From Steroidobacteraceae bacterium (GTDB lineage Bacteria; Pseudomonadota; Gammaproteobacteria; Steroidobacterales; Steroidobacteraceae), in the NCBI GenBank assembly GCA_036277615.1, contig DASUMQ010000293.1, positions 1 through 59,443 on the forward strand: 59,443 nt of DNA, read 5' to 3'. Both the position numbers and the translations under genes were made by a program. Shown piece by piece: positions 9,097 to 19,554 of this stretch; position 1 is the first letter of the stretch, and each line of letters starts with the position of its first letter. The notes beneath the pieces are model-generated. The model was not told where the DNA came from. It saw nothing but the letters and a program-made list of their open reading frames with translations, and made no database searches.

Positions 9097-11790
9097 GTGA
9101 CCGAGGACCTGCGGCCCGATCCCGACCAGTTGCTTGCCGAGGTCAAGCGCGAGCAGCGACGCGCTGGCCGCGGTCGCCTGCGCATTTTCTTCGGCGCGAC
9201 CGCGGGCGTCGGCAAGACATACTCGATGCTCGAGGCCGCGCGCGGCGTGCGAGCCACCGGCGCGGACGTCGTCGTCGGGTACGTCGAACCGCACGGCCGC
9301 ATCGAAACCGAACGGCTGCTCGAAGGCCTCGAGCAGCTGCCGCCGCTCCCGGTCCTCTACCGCGGCATCACGCGACGCGAATTCGACCTCGATGCCGCCC
9401 TGCGCCGGCGCGCCGGCATCACGCTCGTCGACGAGCTCGCGCACTCGAACCTGCTGGAGGGCGAACCCGCCCCGCGACACGCAAAACGCTGGCAGGACGT
9501 CGAGGAGATGCTCGAGGCCGGGCTCGACGTCTGGACGACGCTCAACGTGCAGCACCTCGAGAGCCTGAACGACCTCGTCGCCGGCATCACCGGCGTTCGG
9601 CAACAGGAGACGGTACCGGACCACGTCGTCGAGGACGCCGACGAGATCGAACTGATCGACCTGCCGCCGGACGACCTGTTGGCGCGACTCAAGGCCGGCA
9701 AGGTGTACGTGCCCGAACAGGTCGGTGCTGCGCTCGAGCGCTATTTCCGCAAGCCGAACCTGATCGCGCTGCGCGAACTCGCGTTGCGCCAGACTGCGGA
9801 CCGCGTTGACGCGGCGGCCCGTGAATACGTCTCGCGCGAACCGGTCTCGCGACCCTGGCTCGCCCGGGACCGGTTCATCGTCGGCGTCGGTCCGGACGAG
9901 CAGAACGAGGAGCTCGTGCGCTTCGGCAAGCGCTTCGCGGACGCGCTCGACGCCGAGTGGCTCGTGGTCTCCGTCGAGACGCCCGACCTGCTGCGGCTCA
10001 GCCAGGAGCGGCGTAACCAGCGCATCGACGTGCTGCGTCTCGCGGAGTCGCTCGGGGCGGAGACGGTGACCCTCGATGGTCCGTCCGCGGCGGTCGCGCT
10101 GCTGCAGTACGCACGCACGCGCAACGTCACCCGCATCGTCGTCGGCCGCCCGACGCGTGGCGGCCTGCGCCGGCTCTGGCGACGTTCGACGGCCGAGGAC
10201 TTGCTGCGGGCCGCACACGACCTCGACGTTTCCGTCATCGCGCCGCGGGCGAACGGTGCAATGGCGCCCGCAGCACGCACGTCGAGACTCGAGCCGCCTG
10301 GGATCCACTGGGAGCGGTTCGGTTACGCGTCGCTGATCACGCTCGTCTGCACGGGCATCGCCGCGCTGATGGACCCCTTCTTCTCTGCCACGAACCTCGT
10401 CATGGTCTACCTGCTCGGCGCCGCCATCGCCGGGCTGCGCTACGGGCGCGCACCGGCCGTGCTCACCGCCGTGCTCAATATCGCGTGCTTCAACTTTTTC
10501 TTCATCGAGCCGCGGCTGACGTTCGCGGTTTCGGACGCGCAGTACGTCGTGACGTTCGTCGTGATGCTGGTCGTGGCGCTCACGATCGCGACGCTGATGG
10601 CGAACGTGCGCATGCAGACCCGGGTCGCGGGTGCCCGCGAGCGGCGCACGGCGCTGCTGTATGGCATGAGCCGCGAACTCGCCGGCACGCGCGGCACCGC
10701 CAATATGGTCCGCATCGCCATCCGGCACGTCGCCGAAAGCTTCGCGAGTCGTGCCGCGGTCCTGCTGCCCGACGACGCCGGCATCGTGCAGGTGGCCCAT
10801 GCCACCGAGGGCGAGGCCGCCTACGCGGCGCCCGACCAGTCCATCGCCCAGTGGGTGCACGACCATCGACGACCGGCTGGGCTCGGGACGGACGCATTGC
10901 CGGGCGCGCCGGCGATCTACCTGCCGCTCGAGGGTGCCGAGGGCAACCTCGGTGTCCTCGCGGTCTTGCCCACGAACCGGCGCCGCATACTCCTGCCGGA
11001 GCAACGGCACCTGCTCGAGACGTTCGCGGGGCAGGTGGCGCTCGCGCTCGAACGGGCGCAGCTGGCGGCGCAGGCCGAGTCGGCGCGCATCGCGGTCGAG
11101 ACCGAGTCGCTGCGCAACACGCTGCTCGCGTCGATCTCCCACGATCTGCGCACACCGCTGGCCGTGATCTCGGGCGCCAGCAGCGCATTGGCCGATCGGG
11201 AGCTTGCGCTCGACCCGGACGCGCGCGTGGCGCTCGCGGGCTCGATCGCGGCCAAGGCCCGCGACATGTCGGAACTCGTCTCGAACGTGCTCGACCTGCT
11301 GCGCTTCGAATCCGGGCGCGTGCCGCTGCGCCGGGACTGGGAATCGGTCGACGAACTCGTCGGGGCCGCTTTTAACAAGGTCGAAGCACGTCTGGGCGGG
11401 CACGACGTCGAGGTCCGGCTACCCGCCGAACTTCCGGCCGTTCACGTGGACGCGGCGCTCGTCACGCAGGCGATCGTCAACCTGCTCGAGAACGCGTCGA
11501 AGCACACGCCGCCCGGCACCCACGTCCGCATCCTGGCGGAAGCGGAGGACGACGCGTTGCGACTGGTCGTCGAGGACGACGGTCCTGGGCTGCCGCCGGG
11601 TGATCCCGAGCTCCTGTTCGCCAAATTCCAGCGCGGGCGCAGCGAGAGCGACGTGCCGGGCGCCGGGCTGGGGCTTGCGATCTGTCGCGCCATCGCCGAG
11701 GCACATGGCGGGCGCGCCCGGGCCATGAATCGCACGGGCGGCGGCGCGCGTTTCGAGCTGACGCTGCCGACGAAGGCGCCGTCGCCGTGA
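9097..11790 (+). CDS. kdpD: Two-component sensor histidine kinase KdpD
   Basis: N-terminal KdpD domain with GATAGVGKTYSML, a four-TM block, H-box SHDLRTPL and ATPase G-boxes (DDGPGLP, GAGLGLAI). GTG start. Confidence 0.95.
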   Translation: MTEDLRPDPDQLLAEVKREQRRAGRGRLRIFFGATAGVGKTYSMLEAARGVRATGADVVVGYVEPHGRIETERLLEGLEQLPPLPVLYRGITRREFDLDAALRRRAGITLVDELAHSNLLEGEPAPRHAKRWQDVEEMLEAGLDVWTTLNVQHLESLNDLVAGITGVRQQETVPDHVVEDADEIELIDLPPDDLLARLKAGKVYVPEQVGAALERYFRKPNLIALRELALRQTADRVDAAAREYVSREPVSRPWLARDRFIVGVGPDEQNEELVRFGKRFADALDAEWLVVSVETPDLLRLSQERRNQRIDVLRLAESLGAETVTLDGPSAAVALLQYARTRNVTRIVVGRPTRGGLRRLWRRSTAEDLLRAAHDLDVSVIAPRANGAMAPAARTSRLEPPGIHWERFGYASLITLVCTGIAALMDPFFSATNLVMVYLLGAAIAGLRYGRAPAVLTAVLNIACFNFFFIEPRLTFAVSDAQYVVTFVVMLVVALTIATLMANVRMQTRVAGARERRTALLYGMSRELAGTRGTANMVRIAIRHVAESFASRAAVLLPDDAGIVQVAHATEGEAAYAAPDQSIAQWVHDHRRPAGLGTDALPGAPAIYLPLEGAEGNLGVLAVLPTNRRRILLPEQRHLLETFAGQVALALERAQLAAQAESARIAVETESLRNTLLASISHDLRTPLAVISGASSALADRELALDPDARVALAGSIAAKARDMSELVSNVLDLLRFESGRVPLRRDWESVDELVGAAFNKVEARLGGHDVEVRLPAELPAVHVDAALVTQAIVNLLENASKHTPPGTHVRILAEAEDDALRLVVEDDGPGLPPGDPELLFAKFQRGRSESDVPGAGLGLAICRAIAEAHGGRARAMNRTGGGARFELTLPTKAPSP

Positions 11791-12509
11791 CCGACGCGAT
11801 GTTCCGGATCCTGGTCGTCGAAGACGATGCGGACATCCGCAGGGTGCTGCGCGCGCTGCTCGAGGCCGAAGGATATCGGGTCGTCGAGGCCGACTCGGCC
11901 GCCCGCGCGCTGGTCGAGTCACGCAGCCACCAACCCGACGTCGTGCTCGTGGACCTCGGGCTGCCGGACCGCGACGGGCAGGCCCTGATCCGCGATGTGC
12001 GGCGGTTTTCGTCCGTGCCGATCCTGGTGCTGTCGGCGCGGACGCTCGAGACCGAAAAGATCCAGGCGCTCGACGGCGGCGCCGACGACTATGTGACCAA
12101 GCCGTTCAACTCCGGCGAACTGCTCGCAAGGGTGCGCGCCGCCCTGCGTCGCAACGCGCGTTCACCCGAACGCTCGCCCTCGCTTCGCATCGGTTCGATT
12201 GCGATCGACCTCGCGACGCGCGAGGCTCGCGGCTCGAACGGCGACGCGGTGCATTTCACGCCGCTCGAGTACCGCCTGCTTGTCTGTCTCGCCCGCGCGC
12301 ACGGGCTGGTCGTGACCCGCGACCAGCTGATCGGCGAGGTGTGGGGACCTGACCGCATGGACGACACGCGTGGGCTCCGCGCGTACGTCAAGGGGTTACG
12401 CCAGAAACTCGAGCCGGACCCCGCGCGACCGCGTTACCTGCTCACCGAGCCCGGCCTCGGCTATCGGCTGGTCGCCGAACAGGACGAGCCGGCGCCAGCC
12501 GCGGGTTGA
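11787..12509 (+). CDS. kdpE: OmpR-family response regulator KdpE
   Basis: Receiver domain (ILVVEDD..., DLGLPDRDG, KPF) and winged-helix C-terminus (...EPGLGYRL). The GTG at 11787 overlaps the kdpD stop; an alternative ATG lies at 11799. Confidence 0.92.
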   Translation: MTDAMFRILVVEDDADIRRVLRALLEAEGYRVVEADSAARALVESRSHQPDVVLVDLGLPDRDGQALIRDVRRFSSVPILVLSARTLETEKIQALDGGADDYVTKPFNSGELLARVRAALRRNARSPERSPSLRIGSIAIDLATREARGSNGDAVHFTPLEYRLLVCLARAHGLVVTRDQLIGEVWGPDRMDDTRGLRAYVKGLRQKLEPDPARPRYLLTEPGLGYRLVAEQDEPAPAAG

Positions 12510-13514
12510 TCACGCGACAGGATCGGTCGACTCAACCACGACGCGGTCGCGCAGGAACGCGGCGAGCTTGCGTGCGTCGGCGTCGAACGCGCGGATACCC
12601 TCGGCGAGTTTTTCGGTCGCCATCGCATCCTCGTTGTGCAGCCAGCGGAAGCCGGCTTCGTCGAGCGAGACCCTTGGTGCGTCGCTGCGGCGCGCAGCGT
12701 CGGGCGTCAGCCGGGCCGGCACCTCGCCGGGAGTCGATTCAAGCCTGGCGAGCAGCTCCGGGCTGATCGTGAGCAGGTCGCAGCCGGCGAGGTCGATGAC
12801 CTGCGACGTCTTGCGGAAGCTCGCGCCCATGACCTGGGTCGGGTAACCGTACTTCTTGTAGTACTCGTAGATGAGCGTGACCGACGCCACCCCGGGATCT
12901 TCGGCCGCGGAAATGTCCTCGACGCCCCGCGACTTCCGGTACCAGTCGTAGATGCGCCCGACGAACGGCGAGATCAGCGTCACGCCCGCATCGGCGCAGG
13001 CCACCGCCTGCGCGAAACTGAACAGCAGCGTCAGGTTGCAGTGGATGCCGTCGCGCTCGAGCCGCTCGGCCGCGCGAATCCCCTCCCAGGTGCTCGCGAC
13101 CTTGATCAGCACGCGCTCGCGCGGGACACCCGCCTGCTCGTAGAGCTCGACCAGTTCCCGCGCCTTGCGTTCGCTCGCGTGCGCGTCGAAGCTCAGGCGC
13201 GCCTCGACCTCGGTCGACACGCGCCCCGGAACGAGTTTGAGGATTTCCCGGCCGAACGTGACCATGAGCCGGTCGACGACGGCGGCCATGCGGGCCTCGC
13301 CGTTGCCGCGGCCCGGCGTCGCCGCGACCGCCGTATCAATGAGGTGCCGGTAGCGGTCGTCCTGCGCGGCCTTGTAGATCAGGCTCGGGTTGGTCGTCGC
13401 GTCCTGCGGCCTGAATCTTGCGATCGCGTCGATGTCCCCGGTGTCGGCGACGATCACGGAGTGTCGTCGCAGGGCCTCGAGCTGGGACGGCACGGTCTGC
13501 GGTTCTGCACTCAT
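12510..13514 (-). CDS. tal: Transaldolase
   Basis: Motifs [14 protein letters not shown] and [31 protein letters not shown] (Schiff-base Lys region) match TalB-type enzymes. The ATG at 13514 overlaps the xfp stop (ATGA). Confidence 0.93.
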   Translation of the reverse strand: MSAEPQTVPSQLEALRRHSVIVADTGDIDAIARFRPQDATTNPSLIYKAAQDDRYRHLIDTAVAATPGRGNGEARMAAVVDRLMVTFGREILKLVPGRVSTEVEARLSFDAHASERKARELVELYEQAGVPRERVLIKVASTWEGIRAAERLERDGIHCNLTLLFSFAQAVACADAGVTLISPFVGRIYDWYRKSRGVEDISAAEDPGVASVTLIYEYYKKYGYPTQVMGASFRKTSQVIDLAGCDLLTISPELLARLESTPGEVPARLTPDAARRSDAPRVSLDEAGFRWLHNEDAMATEKLAEGIRAFDADARKLAAFLRDRVVVESTDPVA

Positions 13515-15976
13515 TGCGGCCACTTCCAGTCACGGTCGGAGGGACGATCGATGCCGTGTTCGTGCGCGTAGTTGCGGCATTCGATCTGCTGGTTGCGCAA
13601 CCATTCCTTGATGTGCGCGCCGGCCACCTGCAGCCGCGGGACGCGGTCGATCACGTCGATCGCGAGGCTGAAGCGGTCGCTCTCGTTGTTGATCGAGAGC
13701 TCGAGCGGCGTGTTGATGTTGCCTTTTTCCTTGTAGCCGCGCACGTGCAGGTTGTCGTGGTTGTGCCGCCGGTAGGCGAGGCGGTGGATCAGCCACGGGT
13801 AGCCGTGGAAATTGAAGATCACCGGCCGGTCGGTCGTGAACAGCGAGTCGAAGTCGCGGTCGGACAGGCCGTGCGGATGTTCCTTCGGCGGGGTCAGCGT
13901 GTAAAGGTCGACGACGTTGACGAAGCGCACCTTGAGGTCTGGGAAGTGGTGCCGCAGCAGCGCCGTCGCCGCGAGCGCCTCCTGCGTCGCGATGTCGCCG
14001 CAGCCGACCATCACGACGTCGGGCACCGAGCCCACGTCGTTGCTGGCCCAGTCCCACAGCCCGATGCCCTTCTCGCAGTGCTTGATCGCCGCGTCCATGT
14101 CCAGGTACTGCAGGTGTTTCTGCTTGTCGCAGACGATCACGTTGACGTCGTCGGTCGACTGCAGGCAGCGGTTGGCGACCGCCAGCAGGCAATTCGAGTC
14201 GGGGGGCAGGTAGATCCGGGTGACCTCCGGGCTCTTGTTGACGACGATGTCGAGGAAGCCCGGGTCCTGGTGCGTGAAACCGTTGTGGTCCTGCCGCCAG
14301 ACGGTCGAGGTGATCAACATGTTGAGCGAGGCCACCGGCGCGCGCCACGGCAGTTCGCGCGAGATCGCGAGCCACTTCGCGTGCTGGTTGAACATCGAGT
14401 CGATCACGTGCACGAAGGCTTCGTAGGTCGAGAAGAATCCGTGCCGGCCCGTGAGCAGGTAGCCTTCGAGCCAGCCCTCGAGCGTGTGTTCGGACAGCAT
14501 CTCCATGACGCGGCCGTCGGGCGCGAGATGACCGCCGTCGGCGTCGACCGGAAGATAGTCGCCGAGCCAGGTCTTCTGGCTTGCCTCGTAGACCGCGTCG
14601 AGCTTGTTGGACGTGGTCTCGTCCGGTCCGAACACGCGGAAGTTGTCGGGGTTGAGTTTCAGGATGTCGCGCAGGAACTCGCCGAGCCGGCGCGTGTTCT
14701 CGGCCTCGGACGCGCCGGGCTTCTTCACCTCCACGGCGTACTCGCGGAAGTCGGGCAGGCGCAGTGGACGGCGCAGCTGCCCGCCGTTCGCATGCGGGTT
14801 CGCACTCATGCGGCGCCGTCCCTTCGGCGCGAGCGCGCGCAGGTCCTCGACCAGGCGCCCGTTGGCATCGAACAGTTCCTGCGGCCGATAGCTGCGCAAC
14901 CACTTCTCGAGCAGCCTGAGGTTCTCGGGATTCGCGCGGACGTCGGCCAGCGGCACCTGGTGCGCGCGCCAGTAACCCTCGACGGTCTTGCCACCGACCT
15001 TCTTCGGTCCGGTCCAGCCCTTCGGGCTGCGCAGCACGATCATCGGCCACCGTGCGCGCTCGGCCTTGCCCGTGCGACGCGCTTCGCCCTGGATCCGGCG
15101 GATCTCGACGACGCAACGCTCGAGGGTCGTCGCCATGAGCTCGTGCATCCGGACCGGGTCGTCGCCTTCGACGAAATGCGGCGTCCAGCCGTAGCCCCGG
15201 AACAGCGCCTCGAGTTCCTCGTGCGAGATGCGCGCGAGCAACGTCGGGTTGTTGATCTTGTAGCCGTTCAGGTGCAGCACCGGCAGCACCGCGCCGTCGC
15301 GCACCGGGTTCAGGAACTTGTTCGAGTGCCAGGCGGTCGCGAGCGGACCGGTCTCCGCTTCGCCGTCGCCGACGACCACCGTGACCAGCAGGCCCGGGTT
15401 GTCGAATGCGGCGCCGAACGCATGCGAAACGCTGTAGCCGAGCTCGCCGCCCTCGTGGATCGAGCCCGGTGTTTCCGGCGTGCAGTGACTGCCGATGCCA
15501 CCCGGGAACGAGAATTCCTTGAAGAACTGCCGCATCCCCTCGACGTCTTCGCCCTTGTTCGGGTAGATCTCGGCGTACGTTCCCTCGAGGTACACCGGCG
15601 CCAGCACGCCCGGCGCGCCGTGGCCGGGTCCGGCCAGGAAAATTGCATCGAGGTCGTACTTGTTGATCAGCCGGTTCAGGTGGACGTAGATGAAGCTCAG
15701 GCCCGGGCTGGCGCCCCAGTGGCCGAGCAGGCGGTTCTTGATGTGGTCGGTCGCGAGCGGCTCGCGCAGCAGCGGGTTGTCGCGCAGGTAGATCATGCCG
15801 GCCGCGAGGTAATTGCATGCTCGCCAGAACGCGTCGATGCGCCGCAATTCGGCCGGCTCCGGCGTGCCGCCGGAGCGTGGTGCGACCGTGCGGGCCGGCA
15901 CCGACGTCTTGCGGGCGGGCGCCGGATTGCGCGCCTGGACGGGCGCGAGCGTCTTCCTGCCGTACTTCTTCGCCAT
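13511..15976 (-). CDS. xfp: Xylulose-5-P/fructose-6-P phosphoketolase
   Basis: XFP signatures [10 protein letters not shown] and [10 protein letters not shown] plus the C-terminal XFP domain. The start at MAKKYGRK... (ATG 15976) has GAGAGGGAA upstream. 821 aa. Confidence 0.93.
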   Translation of the reverse strand: MAKKYGRKTLAPVQARNPAPARKTSVPARTVAPRSGGTPEPAELRRIDAFWRACNYLAAGMIYLRDNPLLREPLATDHIKNRLLGHWGASPGLSFIYVHLNRLINKYDLDAIFLAGPGHGAPGVLAPVYLEGTYAEIYPNKGEDVEGMRQFFKEFSFPGGIGSHCTPETPGSIHEGGELGYSVSHAFGAAFDNPGLLVTVVVGDGEAETGPLATAWHSNKFLNPVRDGAVLPVLHLNGYKINNPTLLARISHEELEALFRGYGWTPHFVEGDDPVRMHELMATTLERCVVEIRRIQGEARRTGKAERARWPMIVLRSPKGWTGPKKVGGKTVEGYWRAHQVPLADVRANPENLRLLEKWLRSYRPQELFDANGRLVEDLRALAPKGRRRMSANPHANGGQLRRPLRLPDFREYAVEVKKPGASEAENTRRLGEFLRDILKLNPDNFRVFGPDETTSNKLDAVYEASQKTWLGDYLPVDADGGHLAPDGRVMEMLSEHTLEGWLEGYLLTGRHGFFSTYEAFVHVIDSMFNQHAKWLAISRELPWRAPVASLNMLITSTVWRQDHNGFTHQDPGFLDIVVNKSPEVTRIYLPPDSNCLLAVANRCLQSTDDVNVIVCDKQKHLQYLDMDAAIKHCEKGIGLWDWASNDVGSVPDVVMVGCGDIATQEALAATALLRHHFPDLKVRFVNVVDLYTLTPPKEHPHGLSDRDFDSLFTTDRPVIFNFHGYPWLIHRLAYRRHNHDNLHVRGYKEKGNINTPLELSINNESDRFSLAIDVIDRVPRLQVAGAHIKEWLRNQQIECRNYAHEHGIDRPSDRDWKWPQ

Positions 15977-16220
15977 GAATTCCCTCTCACGGGTCGAGCG
16001 GTTCGGAGCCCGGTACTTTCGCGCAGCAACCCGGTGGATGCCAGCCCTGTGCACGGGAGGGTACGCCGCACCGCGTCAAGGCGGAGCGCGAACGCGTAGA
16101 CCGCCCGGGCACGAACCGCGCGGTAACATGGTGGCCGACCAAGGGGAGTACCGCATGCCGGCCCTGCACACCGTCGGCTTACGGGCCGGCGCACATGACT
16201 CGCGGGCCTTCTGAGGCGTC

Positions 16221-17705
16221 ATGGCCCGCGTTGCAGTCGGCGGTTTCCAGCACGAGACCAACACGTTCTCGCCACACCTGGCGACGCTCGCGCATTTCGA
16301 GGCGCCCGACGCGTGGCCTGGCCTCACGCGAGGGCCGGCGCTGCTCGACGCGGTTGCCGGCATCAACCTGCCCGCCGCCGGATTCATCGCCGAGGCGCGG
16401 GGGCTGCGCCACGACCTCGTGCCACTCACCTGGTGCTCGGCGCAGCCTTCCGGCCGGGTGACGCGCGAGGCATTCGAGTACGTCTCCGCGTTGCTGCTCG
16501 ACGACCTGCGGGCCGCCGCCCCGGTCGATGCAGTGTATCTCGACCTGCACGGCGCGATGGTCGCCGAGCACGTCGACGATGCCGACGGCGAGGTGCTGCG
16601 CCGCGTGCGCGCGCTCGTCGGGTGGGACGTTCCCGTCGTCGCGAGCCTCGATTTTCACGCCAACGTGTCGTCGCTGATGGCGCAGCAGGCCTCGGCGCTG
16701 GTCGGCTACAAGACCTATCCGCACGTCGACATGGCCGAGTGTGGCGCTCGCGCGGCGCGCTGCCTGCACGACGTGCTCGGCAAGCCGCGACCCGTCAGCG
16801 CGTTCGCGGCGCTCGACTTCCTGATCCCGCTCACCTCGCAATCGACGCTGGCGAAGCCGATGCAGGACATCGCCGCGCTGGCGATGCAACTCGAGCGGTC
16901 GCCGCTGCTCGCGGTCAATGTGGCCCCCGGGTTCCCCGCTGCAGACGTGCCGGAATGCGGGCCGAGCGTGTACGCATGCGGCTGGGCAAGCGACGTCGCG
17001 GGCGCGGCTGTCGCACGGCTGGCGGCGGACCTGCGGCGCCGCGAGCCCGAGTTCGCGCTGGACCTCCATTCCGTGACGCAGGCCTGTCGGCTCGCACAGG
17101 CGAGCGCGATCCCAAGGGGCCGTCCGCTGGTGCTCGCCGACACGCAGGACAATCCAGGGGCCGGCGGCAACGCCGACACGACGTCGCTGCTCAAGGCGCT
17201 GGTGCAGGCGCGCGTGCGGCGGGTACTCGCCGGCGTTTACTGCGATCCGCTCGCCGCCACGCGTGCGCACGAAGCCGGCGTCGGCGCGCAGGTCGACCTC
17301 GACCTCGGCGGGCGCTCGGGTCCGCCGGGGGAGACGCCGTTTCCGGCACGGTTCGAGGTCGTCGCGCTCGGCGACGGCCGTTTCACGGGCACCGGCCCGT
17401 TCTACCGCGGTGGCCGCTTCGAGCTGGGACCGATGGCGTTGTTGCGGATCGACGACGTGCACGTCGCGGTCTCGAGCCGCAAGCAACAGGCGGCCGACCA
17501 GGCGATGTTCCGCCACCTCGGCGCCGACCCAGCCGATTTCGCAGTGCTGGCGCTGAAAAGTTCCGTGCACTTTCGCGCCGATTTCGGTCCACTCGCGAGC
17601 CGGATCGCCGTCGTCGCGGCGCCGGGGCCGAACGTCGCCGACCCGTCGGAGCTTCCATTCACGCGGTTGCGGTCCGGCATGCGCACGAGTCCGCGGCGCG
17701 CTTGA
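16221..17705 (+). CDS. M81 family metallopeptidase (MlrC-like)
   Basis: The N-terminus MARVAVGGFQHETNTFSP and overall length (494 aa) are typical of MlrC/DUF1485 plus MlrC_C proteins. Confidence 0.8.
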   Translation: MARVAVGGFQHETNTFSPHLATLAHFEAPDAWPGLTRGPALLDAVAGINLPAAGFIAEARGLRHDLVPLTWCSAQPSGRVTREAFEYVSALLLDDLRAAAPVDAVYLDLHGAMVAEHVDDADGEVLRRVRALVGWDVPVVASLDFHANVSSLMAQQASALVGYKTYPHVDMAECGARAARCLHDVLGKPRPVSAFAALDFLIPLTSQSTLAKPMQDIAALAMQLERSPLLAVNVAPGFPAADVPECGPSVYACGWASDVAGAAVARLAADLRRREPEFALDLHSVTQACRLAQASAIPRGRPLVLADTQDNPGAGGNADTTSLLKALVQARVRRVLAGVYCDPLAATRAHEAGVGAQVDLDLGGRSGPPGETPFPARFEVVALGDGRFTGTGPFYRGGRFELGPMALLRIDDVHVAVSSRKQQAADQAMFRHLGADPADFAVLALKSSVHFRADFGPLASRIAVVAAPGPNVADPSELPFTRLRSGMRTSPRRA

Positions 17706-17789
17706 CGCTTCCGGCTCTACGCGCACACAGCCGCGCCGGCGGCACGGCGCGATCGCAGTAAACTGTTCGCCGGTCAGCGGAGACTTTCG

Positions 17790-18218
17790 ATGCGCAGGAT
17801 CCTCGTGGCGATTGACGGTTCGGACACCGCCCTGCGGGCGCTCGACTTCGCGGTCAAGCAGGCGTCCTGCGCGCCGGCCGCGAAACTGCACGTCCTGAAC
17901 GTACAGCCGACGCTGAGCAACTACACGGCGGCCGAGATCTACGTGACTGCGGAGCGCCTCCACGAGGTCGCCGTCGAGCGCGCCCGTGCCATCCTCGAGG
18001 TGGCGGCCGGACGACTGAAGTCCGTCGACTGCAGCTACGAGCTCGAGCAGCTCGAAGGAGACGTGGCCGAGACGATTGCCCGCCGGGCAGCCGAACTCGG
18101 CTGCGAATCGATCACGATGGGCACGCACGGGCTGGGCTCGTTCGGCATCCTGTTCCTCGGGTCGGTCGCGCAGCGGGTCGTGCACCACACCACGGTCCCG
18201 GTGACGCTGGTGAAGTAG
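17790..18218 (+). CDS. Universal stress protein (UspA family)
   Basis: 142 aa. The C-terminal nucleotide-binding pattern is GTHGLGSFGILFLGSVAQRVVHHTTVPVTLVK. Confidence 0.88.
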   Translation: MRRILVAIDGSDTALRALDFAVKQASCAPAAKLHVLNVQPTLSNYTAAEIYVTAERLHEVAVERARAILEVAAGRLKSVDCSYELEQLEGDVAETIARRAAELGCESITMGTHGLGSFGILFLGSVAQRVVHHTTVPVTLVK

Positions 18219-18219
18219 G

Positions 18220-19554
18220 TCAAGGGGTGCTCTTCACGTAGACGTGGTTCGGCAGCCAGAGCGCGATCTCGGGGTAGATGATCACGAGCGCGAGTCCCAC
18301 GAGCATGATGAGCACGAACGGGATGATCGACCGGTAGATGTCGATCAGCGTGACTTCCTTGGGCGCCATCGCGCGCATCAGGAACAGGTTGTACCCGAAC
18401 GGCGGTGTCATGTAGGCGATCTGGCAGGTGATCGTGTAGAGGATGCCGTACCAGATCGGGTTGAACCCGAGCGAGATGACCAGCGGCACGTAGAGCGGCG
18501 CGACGATGATCAGCATCGCGGTATCGTCGAGGAAGGTGCCCATCAGGATGTAGGTGAGCTGCATCAGCACCAGCACCTGCCAGGGTTCGAGCCCCCACTT
18601 CTCCAGGAACAGGGTCTCGATCGCCTTGACCGCGCCCAGCCCGTCGAACACGGCGCCGAAGGCCAGTGCGGCCAGGATGATCCACATGAACATGGCGCTG
18701 ACGGCGAGGCTCTTGCGGAGCGTGTCTTCCATCACTTGCCGTGTGATGCGGCCCTTGTAGATCGCGACGAGCGTGGCGGCGAGGGCGCCCACCGCGGACG
18801 ACTCGACCATGCTGGTGACGCCCATCACGAACAGGCCGGTCATCGAGAAGATGATCAGCAGCGGCAACACGCCGGCCTGAAGCAGGCGGATCTTCTCGCC
18901 CCAGGTGATCTGTTCCCGCTCCTCGCGTGGCAGCGGCGGGCCGAGGTGCGGCTGCAGGTGGCAGCGGATCACGATGTACAGGATGAAAAGTGCAGCCAGC
19001 AGCAGCCCGGGCATGACGCCGGCGAGCCACAGCTGGCCCACCGGCTGGCGGGCGATCATGCCGTAGAGCACCAGCACGACGCTGGGCGGAATCATGATGC
19101 CGAGCGTGCTGCCGGCCTGGATGACGCCGGTCACCATGATCTTGTCGTAGCCGCGCTTGAGCAGCTCGGGCATGGCAATGGTCGCCCCGATCGCCATACC
19201 CGCCACGCTCAGGCCGTTCATGGCCGAGATCGCCACCATCAGCAGGATCGTGCCGACCGCGAGCCCGCCGCGCATCGGCCCGGTCCAGACGTGGAACATG
19301 CGGTAGAGATCGCTCGCGATCCCCGACTCCGACAGCATGTAGCCCATGTAGACGAACATGGGCAGTGTCAGCATCGGGTACCAGTTGAGCAGCGTGATGG
19401 TCGAGGCGAACGGCATCTCGACCGCGCCTTCGCCCCACAACGCCAGCGAGAAAACGGCAGCCACGAATCCGATCGCGCCGAACACCCGCTGCCCGGTGAG
19501 CAGCAGGAGCATGAACGTCGAGAACATCAGGACGGCGATCGCCTCGTAACTCAT
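18220..19554 (-). CDS. TRAP transporter large permease (DctM family)
   Basis: 444-aa polytopic protein starting MSYEAIAVLMFSTFMLLLLTG. Its ATG overlaps the stop of the small permease gene (ATGA). The longer 20034 ORF start is rejected. Confidence 0.9.
   Translation of the reverse strand: MSYEAIAVLMFSTFMLLLLTGQRVFGAIGFVAAVFSLALWGEGAVEMPFASTITLLNWYPMLTLPMFVYMGYMLSESGIASDLYRMFHVWTGPMRGGLAVGTILLMVAISAMNGLSVAGMAIGATIAMPELLKRGYDKIMVTGVIQAGSTLGIMIPPSVVLVLYGMIARQPVGQLWLAGVMPGLLLAALFILYIVIRCHLQPHLGPPLPREEREQITWGEKIRLLQAGVLPLLIIFSMTGLFVMGVTSMVESSAVGALAATLVAIYKGRITRQVMEDTLRKSLAVSAMFMWIILAALAFGAVFDGLGAVKAIETLFLEKWGLEPWQVLVLMQLTYILMGTFLDDTAMLIIVAPLYVPLVISLGFNPIWYGILYTITCQIAYMTPPFGYNLFLMRAMAPKEVTLIDIYRSIIPFVLIMLVGLALVIIYPEIALWLPNHVYVKSTP

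Noticed and set aside
8701-11403. 900-aa minus-strand ORF antisense to kdpC/kdpD
   Set aside because: It is a GC-shadow ORF, whereas kdpD on the plus strand carries complete sensor-kinase motifs.
13418-16099. 893-aa plus-strand ORF antisense to phosphoketolase, and the alternative minus-frame 762-aa ORF (13530-15818)
   Set aside because: Both are Arg/Pro/Ala-rich shadows. Only the 13511-15976 minus frame carries the XFP signatures (EGGELGY and others).
16179-18188. 669-aa minus-strand ORF antisense to the MlrC-like and USP genes
   Set aside because: It has shadow-ORF composition and spans two well-supported plus-strand genes plus their intergenic gap.
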